Part shown: one piece after another, positions 25,940 through 37,886 of the stretch
Position numbering within the stretch: the stretch's first letter is position 1
Layout of the letters: every line of letters begins with the position of its first letter
Source of the DNA: Lama guanicoe
Taxonomy: Eukaryota
DNA: 64,000 nucleotides
Direction of reading: 5' to 3'
Assembly: GCA_013239625.1 (NCBI GenBank)
Contig: MU056000.1
Location: 11,111,175-11,175,174 of the forward strand
Translations under genes and position numbers: made by a program
The notes under the pieces: model-generated
What the model saw: the letters and a program-made list of their open reading frames with translations, nothing else
What the model was told of the DNA's origin: nothing
Databases searched by the model: none

Positions 25940-26700
25940 AACCTTTATTCCACATACATTTACTGGATTTTGTTTCTGTGCCAGACATTGTTCTAGGCTC
26001 CATGGACAGACACGGCAGTAAATAAAACAGTATCAAAATTCTTGCCCTCGTGGAGCTTAAGTTTCTGGTGGAAACACAGATGATAAACAGAATGAATTGT
26101 TACAGTATTCATATATTCGATGTTAATAATTGCTCTGCAGAAACATAAAGCCTGACAGAGGTGTCGACTGAAATGAAATGCACAGCCTAAACGTGGAGAA
26201 TTATGTTTTATTTGGCGGACTTTCTGAGGACTCAGCCCAGGAGGACAGCCTCGCAGATGGCTCTGAGGGACTGCTCTGAAGAGGTAGGGGAGGAGCCAGG
26301 ATGTGTAGGAGTTTTTCCAACAAAGACCAGGTGGTTGGAACATCAAAAGATTCCAGATATCTCAAGTTAAAGAATTTAGCACTTTTCTATGTATGAGAAG
26401 GTGCAAAGGCCTGGGCTCATTGAAATTATTCCTTTGATGTGCACCTAGCTGTCTTGGGCCAGTGTCCTGTTCTTTCCACATTTTGAGTTCCCCCAGCGGG
26501 CATCGTTGGGGGTGGCTGCAGAGGCTGGGCTGCCTGCTTGTCCACATCCTGAGTTCTCTCTGCTCACTGTCAGGGTGAAGGTGGCCGCTGATGACTTGAT
26601 AGCCACAGCATATTACTGGCAATATTTTTCATTCACAGAGGTTAGGGAGCCTGGTGCGCAGGGATGATTTTCAACATTAAAAAGGATGATTAGGGAATAC
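25940..26700 (-). mobile_element. L2 3' fragment interrupted by an LTR
   Basis: ttattccacatacatttactgg...tgtgccagacattgttctaggc...cttgccctcgtggagcttaagtttctggtgg; continues weakly after 26641. Confidence 0.7.
26162..26637 (-). mobile_element. ERV1 solo LTR (cetartiodactyl MER41-like)
   Basis: TG...CA termini; perfect 4-bp TSD gagg at 26158-26161 and 26638-26641; AATAAA on the minus strand at ~26207-26212; body resembles recalled MER41_BT/Vpa-type LTRs. Confidence 0.85.
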
Positions 26701-28921
26701 AGCACGACTCATTTCCGTGTTCTCCTGTTGATGGCATTTGATGGCATTTTGAGACCATTGTGAGCACTGCTTTATGTGTCTTCGGCTGCGAGGTACAGAG
26801 TACCTCTCAGGTATATATTCCTATGAGGCGGAACTGCTGAATTTTGCAAAAATGCCAAATGGTTTTTCACTGATAATGATTCGTTCGTCTTCGCATCTTC
26901 AGAACCTAGCACCGTGCGTGGCACAGAGTTGGGCTAATATTTGCTTGGCTAAGTAGAACTTCATGGTAGAAACAAGAGCAGCAGGGGTGGACGTTCCAAA
27001 TCTACTTCATATTAACTAGGCTCTGCTGTCTAGCTGTTGGACCTCGCATGGAAAGCAGAAACCGGCCCTTCCGTTTGTCTTCTGTGCTAACGCGTTCTCA
27101 GGGGGTGCCTTCTGACATTTGCCGAGTTCATGCTGGCTGGGACAGTTGGAATTGCTAAAGCCTCTTTAACAATGAAGGAACATTGCAAATAGATTCTAGC
27201 TGTTTATTGCAAGTATTTCTCACTCTCTTGCTTGAAACTGCACTCGAAGAAGCCAGATTCTCTTTATAGGATGTCATTCCCCGCTCTGCTCTGTGCTCCG
27301 GGCTTCTGAGGCCTGCCTGAGGAGAGTGTGCTCCAGCATCCCGTGTGGAATCAGAAGTCTCGACTTGAACTTGCCCTTTTGAACATTCCTGTCCGGCTGA
27401 TGTTTTGGCAAGCCGAATGTTACACTTTAAAACTGATCCTTGCTTGCTTGTGGAAAATGAATCTAAGGTACTTGGGGAATTATTTGGACTTGGGAAGGCT
27501 TGATGCCTCATAAAATGAAGTTCTGGACTGAAATACCCTTGAAATATGTCAAGCCTCAGAGTTGTGTCTGTGCTTTCTAAATATTTGAAATAAAAATGGG
27601 TGGTTATATCCAGTCACTTTGTGTACGAGTGTCTCCTCATGGTTTAAAATGTCCAGTCTCAGCATTTAAATAAATTCATTTCTTATGAAACCCTTTTTAT
27701 TCCTCCTTGTTACCATATTTAGCAGATGAATTGGGAGTGCTTTTTTTTTTTTAAACAGTCCTCATTCTTTCTGACATATATTGAACTGTTTAGCTACTAG
27801 CTAACTTTTCTTGATTAAAAGTTGGGATAAAATATTCTGCCTATCACAGGGTTCTTGGCATGTAAGTTACAAGATTCCTGTGTAGGTTTCTCTCTCCTCC
27901 ATCATAGCAAAAGTCATCATGTGCATTTTTGTCACATTAATGCAAAACAACAGAACAATTAGGCCTTTTATTCCATTTTAGTATAAGTGGTTATTCCTAA
28001 ATTTTGGCTCTAGCTTTTAATAATAATTTTCAGCTTTAATCTGGTGGGTAAGACAGTTGTGATGTTAATAATATGTGTGTGTGTTTGGGTGTATGCCTGT
28101 GACGTATTTAGTGAAACTTACTCTAAGTTTTCTCAAAGAAAATGCTAAAAGTAGGTGCCAGTGTTCATGAGATTTATTGAATAAATAATAAATTGAGACC
28201 TGCTCTCAATATCAGTTAGAGCAAGAAATGAGAAAAGGGATTAAGAATACCTGAATTGCAGTTTAGTATAGAAAAAAAATATTTCAGTCACCATACGCCT
28301 GAAATACATTTAAATGTTGTAAGGTTTGCTCTCTTAACCTCCTGTACTAATGATGCACAGCACCGATATTAAAAGGCCTGGTAACAGTTACACAGACTTT
28401 ATAGAGAAAGTAAACATTTCAAGTCTTTTAACACAGGAAAAAAAGTTATGGTGTATTCATGCGTGGCTTCTTTTTGAAATAAAGCTACAACTTTGGAAAA
28501 GTAAATAAAACTAAGCATTTATGGATGTTTCTACTATGATGCTATTAAAATAGTAGTAATAAAAACAGTAGATTTTTCTATTTTGGAGAGAAAAAAAAGC
28601 ACATGATCTTTCCCATTCAAGTGAATGGCAGTTGGCTGCATTTTCCTGTCTTTCTGATGTGATTTTTCCATGCTGTAGAAATATGATTAGCTCATCCTTA
28701 AGAAAAGCTTCTCAGCTTTCCATGAAGAAAGTAAATCTGTTGAAACCTAGGCTCTTTCTAACACGACACCATGTTTTTACAGTAAAAATGTGAAATTGAG
28801 GAAAGGTAATAGTTAAGTGGAAGGAAATCTTTTTTCTTTTTATTCAGCAAAACATTTTGGTTATATTTGTGAAAGTGGAAAAGGAAAAAATGGTCTTTGT
28901 TAAAGACCATCTATGTCATGT

Positions 28922-29466
28922 TGTATTAATCAGGGTTCTCTAGAAAAACAGAACCAAAATGATGTGTGTGTGTGTGTATTTATATCCACAAACCCAGATG
29001 CATAGGAATCAGCTTAAATAATTACGGAGGCTGAAAAGTCCCAAGACCTGTAGTTGGCAAGCTGGAAACCCAGGAGGAGAGGTGGTATATTTCCAGTCTA
29101 AGTCTGATGGCCTGAGAACCAGGAAAGCCAATTAAATAGTTCTAGGGAAAGTTTGAAGGTTCAAGACCCAGAAAGAGCCAGTGTTTTCAGTTCAAGTCCA
29201 AAAAACCTGAAATCCCAGCTTAAGGCAGTCAGGCAGGAGGAGTTCGCTCTTACTCCCTGGAAGGTCAGACTTTTAATTCTCTTCTGGTCTTCAACTGATT
29301 GGACGAGGCCCACCCACATTAGAGAGGGCCATCTGTTTTTTTCAGTCTGCCAAATCAGACATTAACCTCATCTAACACACTGTCACAGACACATCTAGGA
29401 TAATGTTTGACCAACTGTCAGGGCCCTGTGTGAGTCAGTCAAATTGACATAAAATTAACCATCATA
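28922..29466 (-). mobile_element. MLT2 (ERVL) solo LTR
   Basis: tgtattaatcagggttctctagaaaaacagaacca...aaattgacataaaattaaccatcata; TSD-like catgt/catgg. Confidence 0.88.
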
Positions 29467-30581
29467 CATGGCAAAAAAGATGTTACTTTTAAAGGATAGG
29501 AAGAGAAAAACACAGAGGACAGAAGTGTAAGATATTTACAGGAGTCTACCCTGGGAAATTCACTTCTCTTTTGTGTGCTGTATTGAAAATAGGTTGAAGA
29601 TGATGTAAAATGCTTCAGGATGTAGCCATTTTAACGTTTTAGCAAGAGAAGAGCCCGGGGTCCAAGTTCACTGTTATATTGAAAGAGAACTGAATAGGCT
29701 TAAGACTTAAATTGAGCAGGCTTCCCAGAACCTGTGCTCCAGTATCTTTTTTTTTCCCTTAAATTTGAACCTAACTATTAAATGAACAACTAGCATTTCA
29801 GTTATAATTGCAGTTAGCGAAGGAATGCTGGCTTCTTTTGTTTTATTAGAGAGGCTGATTTAGGAATACCAAATAGTTGTTGAATAATTTCCCCCAAGGA
29901 TGTCTGTAAAGCATTTAATCCAGTTAGGTGAACTTGAGTAACTACCGCGTGCAGGGCATTGAACTAGGTGTAATTATATGAGACGTTACTCAGAGCAAAC
30001 ACTCAGGGAGAGAAAGGACCTTGGCTTGCTAAATGTGAACATGACCTAGACACTAGTTCCAACCCCAGAAACTCTGCATTTTGTACAAGAAGCAGGTTTT
30101 CAAGAAACATATTTTATTGCTAATGAATAGATACAGCAAGCATTTGAGAAAGGGAGTGTCTACTTTTCTGCTGCCTCTTGGAAAGAGAATCAAATGGCAT
30201 GGGCTTCTCAGCACTGATGTGTGAAATGAAGCATCCTCTTGTATTTCCAGCCTTTTGTGACCTCTCTGTAGTGACTGGCCTTTCTCCTGGAAACTGGCAA
30301 ACCAGTTCTGAAATAAATGTGGTGTTTATACACATAGAGAGGTTATCAGAGAGGGTTTATGGCGCAATGACTTTTTCTGCCAAGTTAGACATGGAGTCAC
30401 ACAGGCTCCTTCCAGTGATGGAGCTGAGGTAACAGTCACTCATATCAAAGTAATGTGCATTTACTACCGATCCCCTTTGTCCTGTGTTGGCACACTAAGC
30501 AATTTTAAACCTGCACCCCCCCACCCCCAAGGGCACCAGCAGCTCATCAGCATCACTTTTCAGGACTCTTTTTTCCTGATC

Positions 30582-30735
30582 CTTCCTCCCTCCCTCCCTC
30601 CCTCCCTCCCTCCCTTCCTTCCTTCTTCTCTTTCTTTCTTCCTTTCTTCCTTCCTTCCTTCCTTCCTTTCTTTCTTTCTTTCTTTATTTCTCTCTCTCTC
30701 CCCCCTCCCTCTCCCTCCCTCCCTTCCTTCCTTTC
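30582..30735. repeat. Compound polypyrimidine microsatellite (CCCT/CCTT/CTTT/CT)
   Basis: About 150 nt, almost entirely C/T, in tetranucleotide units. Confidence 0.95.
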
Positions 30736-30739
30736 TACT

Positions 30740-31060
30740 TAATTTTTTTTTAGAATAGTTGCAGTTTAACATCAAAATTGAGTGGAAGGCACAGAGATTT
30801 CTCATGTATCTCTTGACCCTCCTCGTTATCAACATCTGCCACCAGAGTGGGATACTGGTTACAACTGATGAACCCTCACTGGACATCATTATGTCCCAGA
30901 ATCCATGGCTTACACATCAGGGTTCACATCGATGGTGTACAGTCTGTGAGTTTGTGTAATGACATGTACCCACAATTAGAGCATCATACAAAGTAGTTCC
31001 ACTGCCCTAGGAGCCCTCTGTGCTCCACCTGTTCATCTTCCCTGCCCCCTGACTTCAGGG
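30740..31060 (-). mobile_element. L1MC-type 3'UTR fragment
   Basis: aaaattgagtggaaggcacagagatttc...ccaccagagtgg..gttacaactgatgaacc...gtagttccactgcccta; homologous to 4110-4440 in this window. Confidence 0.85.
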
Positions 31061-32604
31061 ACACCCCCCGCCCCCACGGATAATTACTGACTGCCATACT
31101 TTCAGATTTTTACTTAGTTCTTACATTTCATCAATACCCACCTCCCAAAAGGATTCATTTCTTTTCATCCAAACTATTGAGCAGAATGTTAAATATTTAA
31201 AAATTTTAATATTCTACTCAATAGTTTGGAAGAACAGAAGAAGCCCCCCTTGCTTTTGTGTTGCTAAAATGCATGAACTAAGAAATCCACAGAAGCATCA
31301 AACTGGACTGGAAGGAAAGTTAGTGAGTGCTGAATTAAATCATTTCAGCTTACACATCAGAAAGCAGAGGCCAGGAGAAATTAGGTGGTTTGCCCAAATA
31401 AAAGTGAAATACTTCTAAAGATCTTTCCTGATCTGTAGGAAAAAAAAAGTCCCCAAAGTTTATTTTTCTTCCCAATAAAACTATATTAGTTGAAATAATT
31501 AGAAAATGTGAGTGTCTGCTTGAAGATCAGCTTCTGTGCCCGTAATTCGGGGATCTGGGTGATCTTGAAGAGCTCTTTCCCCTTTCCTTAAGCCTTAAGA
31601 TGTTCTCTTCTTCTGGATTCAGAGTTTTCAAGGCCAAGATGCAGGAGGTGACCAGCGTCTGTGGCCATTCAGCTCTCTTCAGGGCCATGGACTGTCCATC
31701 TCTTGCGCCCGGCAGCCCCTGTGCACTTGCCAGTTCTCAAGACAGTGCTTTCCAGTGTCAGGTTGTAGGATCTGTTTTCTGCAGTCCACATAACCCTCAG
31801 CCAAAACTTGGGCAACCCCTCATCCGACTCTTAACTGTGTGGGCTGGTTCCTCCTGAGCTTCTGGTTTATAGCTGTCCTTTCATTGAGTGAAATAGAACT
31901 GTAAAATGCCATTGTTTTAGCAGCTAAACATCTGTTATCCACAAGCAGATTCAAACCCAAAATGGAATCAAAATCATAAAACCTAACCAAGAGTTTGATT
32001 CTGCCATTTAAGTCAATGGCACCTTAACATTTTTTCTTTTTTCCAAATAATGACTTTTAACTAGCAAAGTAGATTTGTAAGCAATGCCATAGCTGGGTCA
32101 TCATTTCTTTAAAATTCTACTAGCAACAGTTGAAGAGACTTTTGGGGGAACCTTCCAAGACCTGTAAACCTTGATCCATCCCGCAGTCACTGGAAAATGA
32201 ACAGGTGTAGGATGCCAGAAGATTCAAGTGTTTGCTTTAAAACAGGGAAGTGGAAGAGGGCTTGAGACAGCTATTTGAATCCAGTGGCTTTTCTCCTCCA
32301 CAAATATGTAAACAGTTTATAACAATAAAATGGTTTGACCTGTCATGGTATATAGTCAGGCTTTTTCAGAGGAAGTATTTTCCGTTTTTTTTCTATCCCT
32401 GTTTTAAGTGCGTTCGGGGAGGTAGGGGGCACTGTTGAGCAGATGATGTGTGGATGGAGTTTGTGTGAAGGGTATGAAACCACCTCGGAGCCACCTTCTT
32501 GACCTAGAGGAGAGTGCTTTGAGGCTTTTGGGTGAAATACTCTCTGGCACTTGTCGGTCTCTGTATTTGATCATTGTTTTGTCCCCTTGTGATAGGGTCT
32601 AGCA

Positions 32605-32912
32605 ATGTGGTGACAAATTCAAGTGTCCTCAGGGCTGGGCAGATAAGATGAAGGACTAGACTGTCTGTGGAGGGGGAGGGTTCAGACCGTGGCAGACCAG
32701 CCTGCAGGTGCCCCATCTCCCCCTCTGTTAGTAGCACAGAGAATCAGCCCAGAACTGTCAGAGCTTCCAGGTCCCAATTTTTGAAGGGACTCTAAAAATC
32801 TATCTTTTAATGTGAAATATCCAACTATTAAATGTTTATTTCATTTTATTTTTAAAGAAACCCCAAGTGGACCAATTCAAAAAAATCTGTGACTCACTAG
32901 TTTGTGATTTTT
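32605..32912. mobile_element. MER102-like hAT-Charlie element
   Basis: gtgacaaattcaagtgtcctcagggctgggcagataa...tcttttaatgtgaaatatccaactattaaatgtt...ctagtttgtga is colinear with the recalled MER102. Confidence 0.6.
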
Positions 32913-33769
32913 TTGGGTGTCAGGCTCCTGGGTCTGTCCAAATATTTTTAACGTTTACTAGTGGAGTAAGTTTGGCATAGTAATTGAACCTTTCTGAGGC
33001 TTAGTTTTTACTTTTTAAGGTTGAAGTAATAATGCTTGCTCTAGAAAACGATGAGGGTAAAGTCAGAAAGGGAACATGGAAACAATTTGTAATTGCAAAG
33101 TCCCATAGAGGCGTTCAACGTTAGACGCAAGGACAAACATGCTAACGTTCAGAATAGCTTCAGCAGGGCCACCAGTAGTGGGCCAGGCTTGTGGCAGCTG
33201 TGTCACAGCTTCTTGCACTAGCTGAAAGGCGAACTAGGCTAAAAACGGGCAGGAACCAGCCTCACTCTTTGAAGCACCGAGCAGGGGCCAGCCACCAGCA
33301 GCTCTGTTTATTACGTGTCATCTTGTATTTAGATCGTGTACAGCTGACTTAAAGACGGATGGGTCCCTGGGGTGGGGGGATCTGGAGTGAAGGCTGCAGT
33401 TCCAGGCTTTGAGGGGCTGGAAATGGGCTCCTGTCATGCTGGCTGTGTCTTGCTGCACATTAACTCAGAAAGCAGATGGCTTGAAGAAAGGGTGAGGTGA
33501 GGGCGTAGATTTTGGAAACCTGACTTACCTCTCCGTTCATGCCCACGCAAAGCAGTGTGAACCCTGGGCCCCAGACCCACCCACATATATTCCTTTCCCC
33601 TTTTTATACTTTTCCGTCTTTAAGGAAGGCTCTTTTGATTTATATTAACTCAAGTTTCCCCATGTAAGCAGAGAATTTTTGTTTGTTAGGGAAGGATCAG
33701 GCAGAGAGGAAGAGAATGTGTCTGACTCTGGGTCTTGGAAAAACCCTATAGGATCCAGAATTCATCAAA

Positions 33770-33970
33770 ACTGACCGTTCACTCTCCCCCTCGGCGTGTG
33801 TCCCACAGAACCTGGGCACACCTCTGTTACTGCAGCTTTTTTGTTGATAACAGTTGTTGGTCTTCAATAATAGACTGTGAAATCTTCGAAGGGAGACTGC
33901 TCAAATGGTGTTTATTTTAAATTCTAAGGCTCAGTGAGCAATACAGCAGCTCAATAAATGTTTGGTTGCA
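33770..33970 (+). mobile_element. L2 3' end
   Basis: tagactgtgaaatcttcgaagggagactg...gctcaataaatgtttggttg. Confidence 0.7.
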
Positions 33971-35499
33971 CGGAGTGACCCTGAGCCCTCCATGTCTTCA
34001 TGTCTCTGGAGAACGTACAGTGTTTGCAGAAAGACAGGAATTCTCATTTACTCTAAGTAGAGAGGGAGCAGGAGAGGGTGGCCAGGAATAATACTACAGC
34101 AGGAAGGTTCAAGGAAGGCTTCTCAACCTTGCCTGTAAGGTCAAGCTAGCTCAGAAAAATATTTGTTTCCTTTTTAATAAAAGTTGTCTGTGAAAAGGTA
34201 GTTTTTTGTTTTCTTAATAGAAGGAGGGGAGGAGGCAGGTGTAACGGCTTTTTTAGAGAAAGCGACGTTGACTGAAGGGGGAATCCTATAACAGGGATCC
34301 CTCTGGACTGCAAAGGAGGTCAGTGTCCTGTGGCATTATGGGATTTTCTTTGTTTCCCCCAGAAACAGGATGGTCTTGTACAAGCAGTGGCTTCTGCCAG
34401 CGTAAGTCAGATACTTTCTGTTCTTAGGTGATGCCCTGTTCACCTCATTGGATGCCTTTCTTCAGCTGGTCAGCACCAGTGAGTAATGTTAATATGCCTC
34501 ACATCTCTGTAGACCACGGATATAAGGTCATCCATTCAAATTGATAATTTATTATGTAGCCTTTGATTTATAGTATCGTAAATGTAGATAAGCATTAATA
34601 AACATTTGTACTATTTACATCAACTCCTCCACCAAAGAAAAATAACATAGCTGGAAACTTTTGAGTCATATAGACATACCGTAAAGTTGATATATAGAAT
34701 TGAGTGTTCCTGTGCATTGGATATCTTGCTGAGACATAATGAAGCGCATAATTTCTTTACTTCTAGGAAACTCTTTAAGACTTCTGAATGTGATTTATTT
34801 TCTCAAATCCTTTGGTAGGTTTTTATTGTCTATACCTGTCTTTATTATTATTTTAAAAATACTGCAAATCTTTGGCAACTCTTGTAGGTGCAATAGTTCT
34901 ATAATAATACCTATCTTTTAAAACTCAGAAATATTTTATGAATGCATAAACTATGCCCACTCCAGCATGGTTTATTATATAACAGCTTTGGATTAAAAAA
35001 AATAAACATTAATGCCTCCTCTGTGAAAGTGCAAAGGGATAAAATATGGTTTAACAATAGAAGTACTTGTTGAGCAGAAACTTATCAGATTCCATAAAAT
35101 AATTCAGGTTCAACCCAGTGTTCCCCAGTGTAAGAAAAGAGTGTTTTTTAGGGTGAAATAAATTCAAATCTTAGCAGCCTTTGGATATATGTACTTCATT
35201 ATTTTATGAAGAAGTGTATTGGGATGTGGGAGACACTGTGTGTTAATATTTCTGGACTATTGAAATTAGATTAAGACTAAAAATAAACTACGAAGGATTG
35301 AAATAATCCAGTAACTTCATTACTCATGCATGCCCCGGATGGTTCTATATGAAGAAAGTTTTGTTTGCCCTGAGGTTATGTTTCACTCTCAGTTGGGTGG
35401 CTTAGAGTTTAATAGTCCAAACAGGGAGACCAAGCTCTCTGTGGATGGAATTGTGTGCACCGTGGCCCTGTGGCAGAGCAAGCATGACAAACGTGTGGG

Positions 35500-36240
35500 A
35501 CTAAAAGAAGTCATTTGTGGCCAGTTTCAGATGATAGTCAGTCCTTTCTGAGGTATTTTGTACATTTCATGAGATCAATGGGAAGCTGTTGAAGAATTTT
35601 AAGTGAAGTGGTGATGTGGCTGATTTTGAAATTTGAACTAGTGACTGGGTGTTGGCAATAGTGGGTGAGAGTGAACTGGGGTCAGTAAGTCAAGACTGTT
35701 AAGGAGACAATCAAGCAAAGGAAGACGGCAGGCTGGGCTGAGGAGGTGCTGATAGACCAGGAGAGAACGGGAGGCATCAGAGAGACGGGAGGCATCAGGG
35801 AGATGCACACAAGGTTAACACCCACAGCTCCTGCCGGTAGGTTGGGTGGGGATGTCAGAGACAGTGTCAGGAATGACATGCACATGTGTGGCTGGATAGG
35901 ACGAGGTTCCATTTCCAGAGAAAAGGGACATAAAGAGCGCTAGGCTCTGTGAGGAATATCATGAGTTCAGTTTTGGACGTGGAGAGTTGGAGGGGACTTC
36001 AACAGGTCCAAGGGGGAATGTTAAACAGACACTTGGTGCTGCCAGTCTGAGTGCCAGGCGAGGTCTGGGAGGAGAATTTCCAAACCGTGTGCAGCGTACA
36101 GATGAACACCGAATGAGCAGGCATGAGAGCCCCCAGGGAAAACAAATTAGAAGAAGCCATCTAGCGAGTGCAGCCCTACGCCTCGAGGGACTCTGACATC
36201 TGGATGAGCCTGAAAGGGAGTCAACCAGGAGAGTTCCCAT
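35500..36240 (-). mobile_element. L2 fragment
   Basis: caatgggaagctgttgaagaattttaag...atgagttcagttttggacgtggagagttggaggg...gagaggtctggg-like antisense L2 motifs. Confidence 0.7.
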
Positions 36241-36342
36241 GGCAACCAAGGGACGCTGCTGCTTTAGTTTCGGTTTCCTGCTTCAGACATGAAACTCCAC
36301 TTCCTGACTTTTTCTCTTCCCCAGACCCTTTAAGAGTTTTTG

Positions 36343-36501
36343 TTTCTGTTTTGTTTTATTTTGGTTTTTCTCGAGTAGAAGTAATTTATTTATTTACTTA
36401 GTACATGGGCCGGGGTGGGGGGTGGGTGTGGTTGTTAAAGTAAAGGTACATACACTCCATAGACAGCGCGGGCCATCTCAGAAGGCGAGAGGGGGGGGCA
36501 C
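36343..36501 (-). mobile_element. Short retroposed polyadenylated fragment (LTR R-region-like) with TSD
   Basis: TSD ccctttaaga(g/a)tttttg at 36326-36342 and 36502-36518; T-rich tail at ~36343-36369; minus-strand AATAAA at 36385-36390. Confidence 0.75.
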
Positions 36502-37508
36502 CCCTTTAAGAATTTTTGAAAGATTAATTTTTTGAATTATAATTTTGCCCTTTTCTCAGAAATGTTCAGGGTTTCTCCATTTTCTACACAGTTCGACACC
36601 CTCCAGGGTCTGGTTCTCACCCATCTTATTCTTGTTTCCTGCCCTTCTCAGACCCTGTGAGCAGAGGAAATTGAACCATTTGTTTTTCTTTTTTGCTGTT
36701 ACATGCCTTCGATTTTCGATCATGGTGATTTTTCTCTTGTCATTTCAACTAGAAACACCATCCCCACCTACCCCCTGTCTATGTCTGAGTCCCCATCGAC
36801 CTTCATGATCTAGCTCAAGGGCTTTTCAGAACTGTCCAGGGGTTCAGGTGCTTATATAATTGGCCTAAGGGTAAGCCTGGTCATTAATTTGAAGAAGTTC
36901 TCCCGGATGATTTGAATATACAGCCATGTTTGAGAAGGACTAGTCTGTATGTCTTAGATCTCAACAGGTCCCTAAACTCCCTGAAATAGCAGGACCCAGG
37001 ACCCAATTCTCTTTTAACTTTGCATCTCATGTCTTGAATTCTGATAGATGTCCAATGCATATTTATCAAATAATTTACCCTTTAAAATATCTGAGACATC
37101 TTATAACTCTTTCTTCTAGTGTTTCTTGAATCTTTTAGTTCCTTGATTATTTTTGGTGACTATTAAATGTTTTCCCTCTCCTTTCCTTTCTGTTGGTTTC
37201 TAAAGATTCTGTGTCATCTAGACGTGTGTTAAATAGACTTCTTATGTGATAGCTCTGTTAAAAGTCCCAGTATCCAAATGGAAAGTGTCAGTCTCAGGAG
37301 AGGAAATGCTTTGGAAGCATTTTGGGAAGGTGTGAGGCTGGAATTTTCCCCTACTTTGCATTGGCCTAGACACTGCCTCTGGAGCAGAGAACATAGTGGG
37401 TTCACTTGAGCACCTTGGACAGAGATAGGCTAATTGCATCCTTGGCTGTGCAGCAGCTGAAAGCTATTTGGCCTGTATGGGATTTACCTTGTCATCACTG
37501 GGTTAGAA

Positions 37509-37696
37509 GAGTGGTTCTCAATGGGGACAGTTTTGCTCCCCAGGTGACATTCTATTCTCTGGAGACATTTTTGGTTGTCACAACTTGGAGGGGATGCTCC
37601 TGGCCCCTAGAAGGCACGGAGGCTGCTGAAGGCACAAGACAAAGAATTATCTGGCTCAAATCAAAATATTGTAGTGCCAGGATTGAAAAACCGTGG
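37509..37696. mobile_element. MER20 (hAT-Charlie)
   Basis: agtggttctcaatggggacagttttgctccccaggtgacatt...ctggagacatttttggttgtcacaact...caaagaattatctggctcaaa...tagtgccaggattgaaaaacc. Confidence 0.85.
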
Positions 37697-37840
37697 ATTA
37701 GCAAAAACTGGCTCAAAAAATCACACGTCCAGTTTCTCCCAAGCTGAGTTGTGGAGCATTCCAGACGTGCCTCTAACTCATTTTGATGTGGAGATGTGTT
37801 TTCATATAAACCTCCTCTCTTTGTGCATTTATTGCTGTTT

Positions 37841-37886
37841 TGTGTGTGTGTGTGTGTGTGTGTGTCTGTGAGTCTGTGTGTGTGTG
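37841..37886. repeat. (TG)n microsatellite, interrupted
   Basis: Direct observation. Confidence 0.95.

Noticed and set aside
30453..30889. Low-complexity ORFs (PSLPPS…/ERKKE…)
   Set aside because: Translations of the polypyrimidine microsatellite.
35767..35798. Direct repeat acgggaggcatcag with 18-bp period
   Set aside because: A simple two-copy slippage duplication inside an L2; not a CRISPR-like or functional array.
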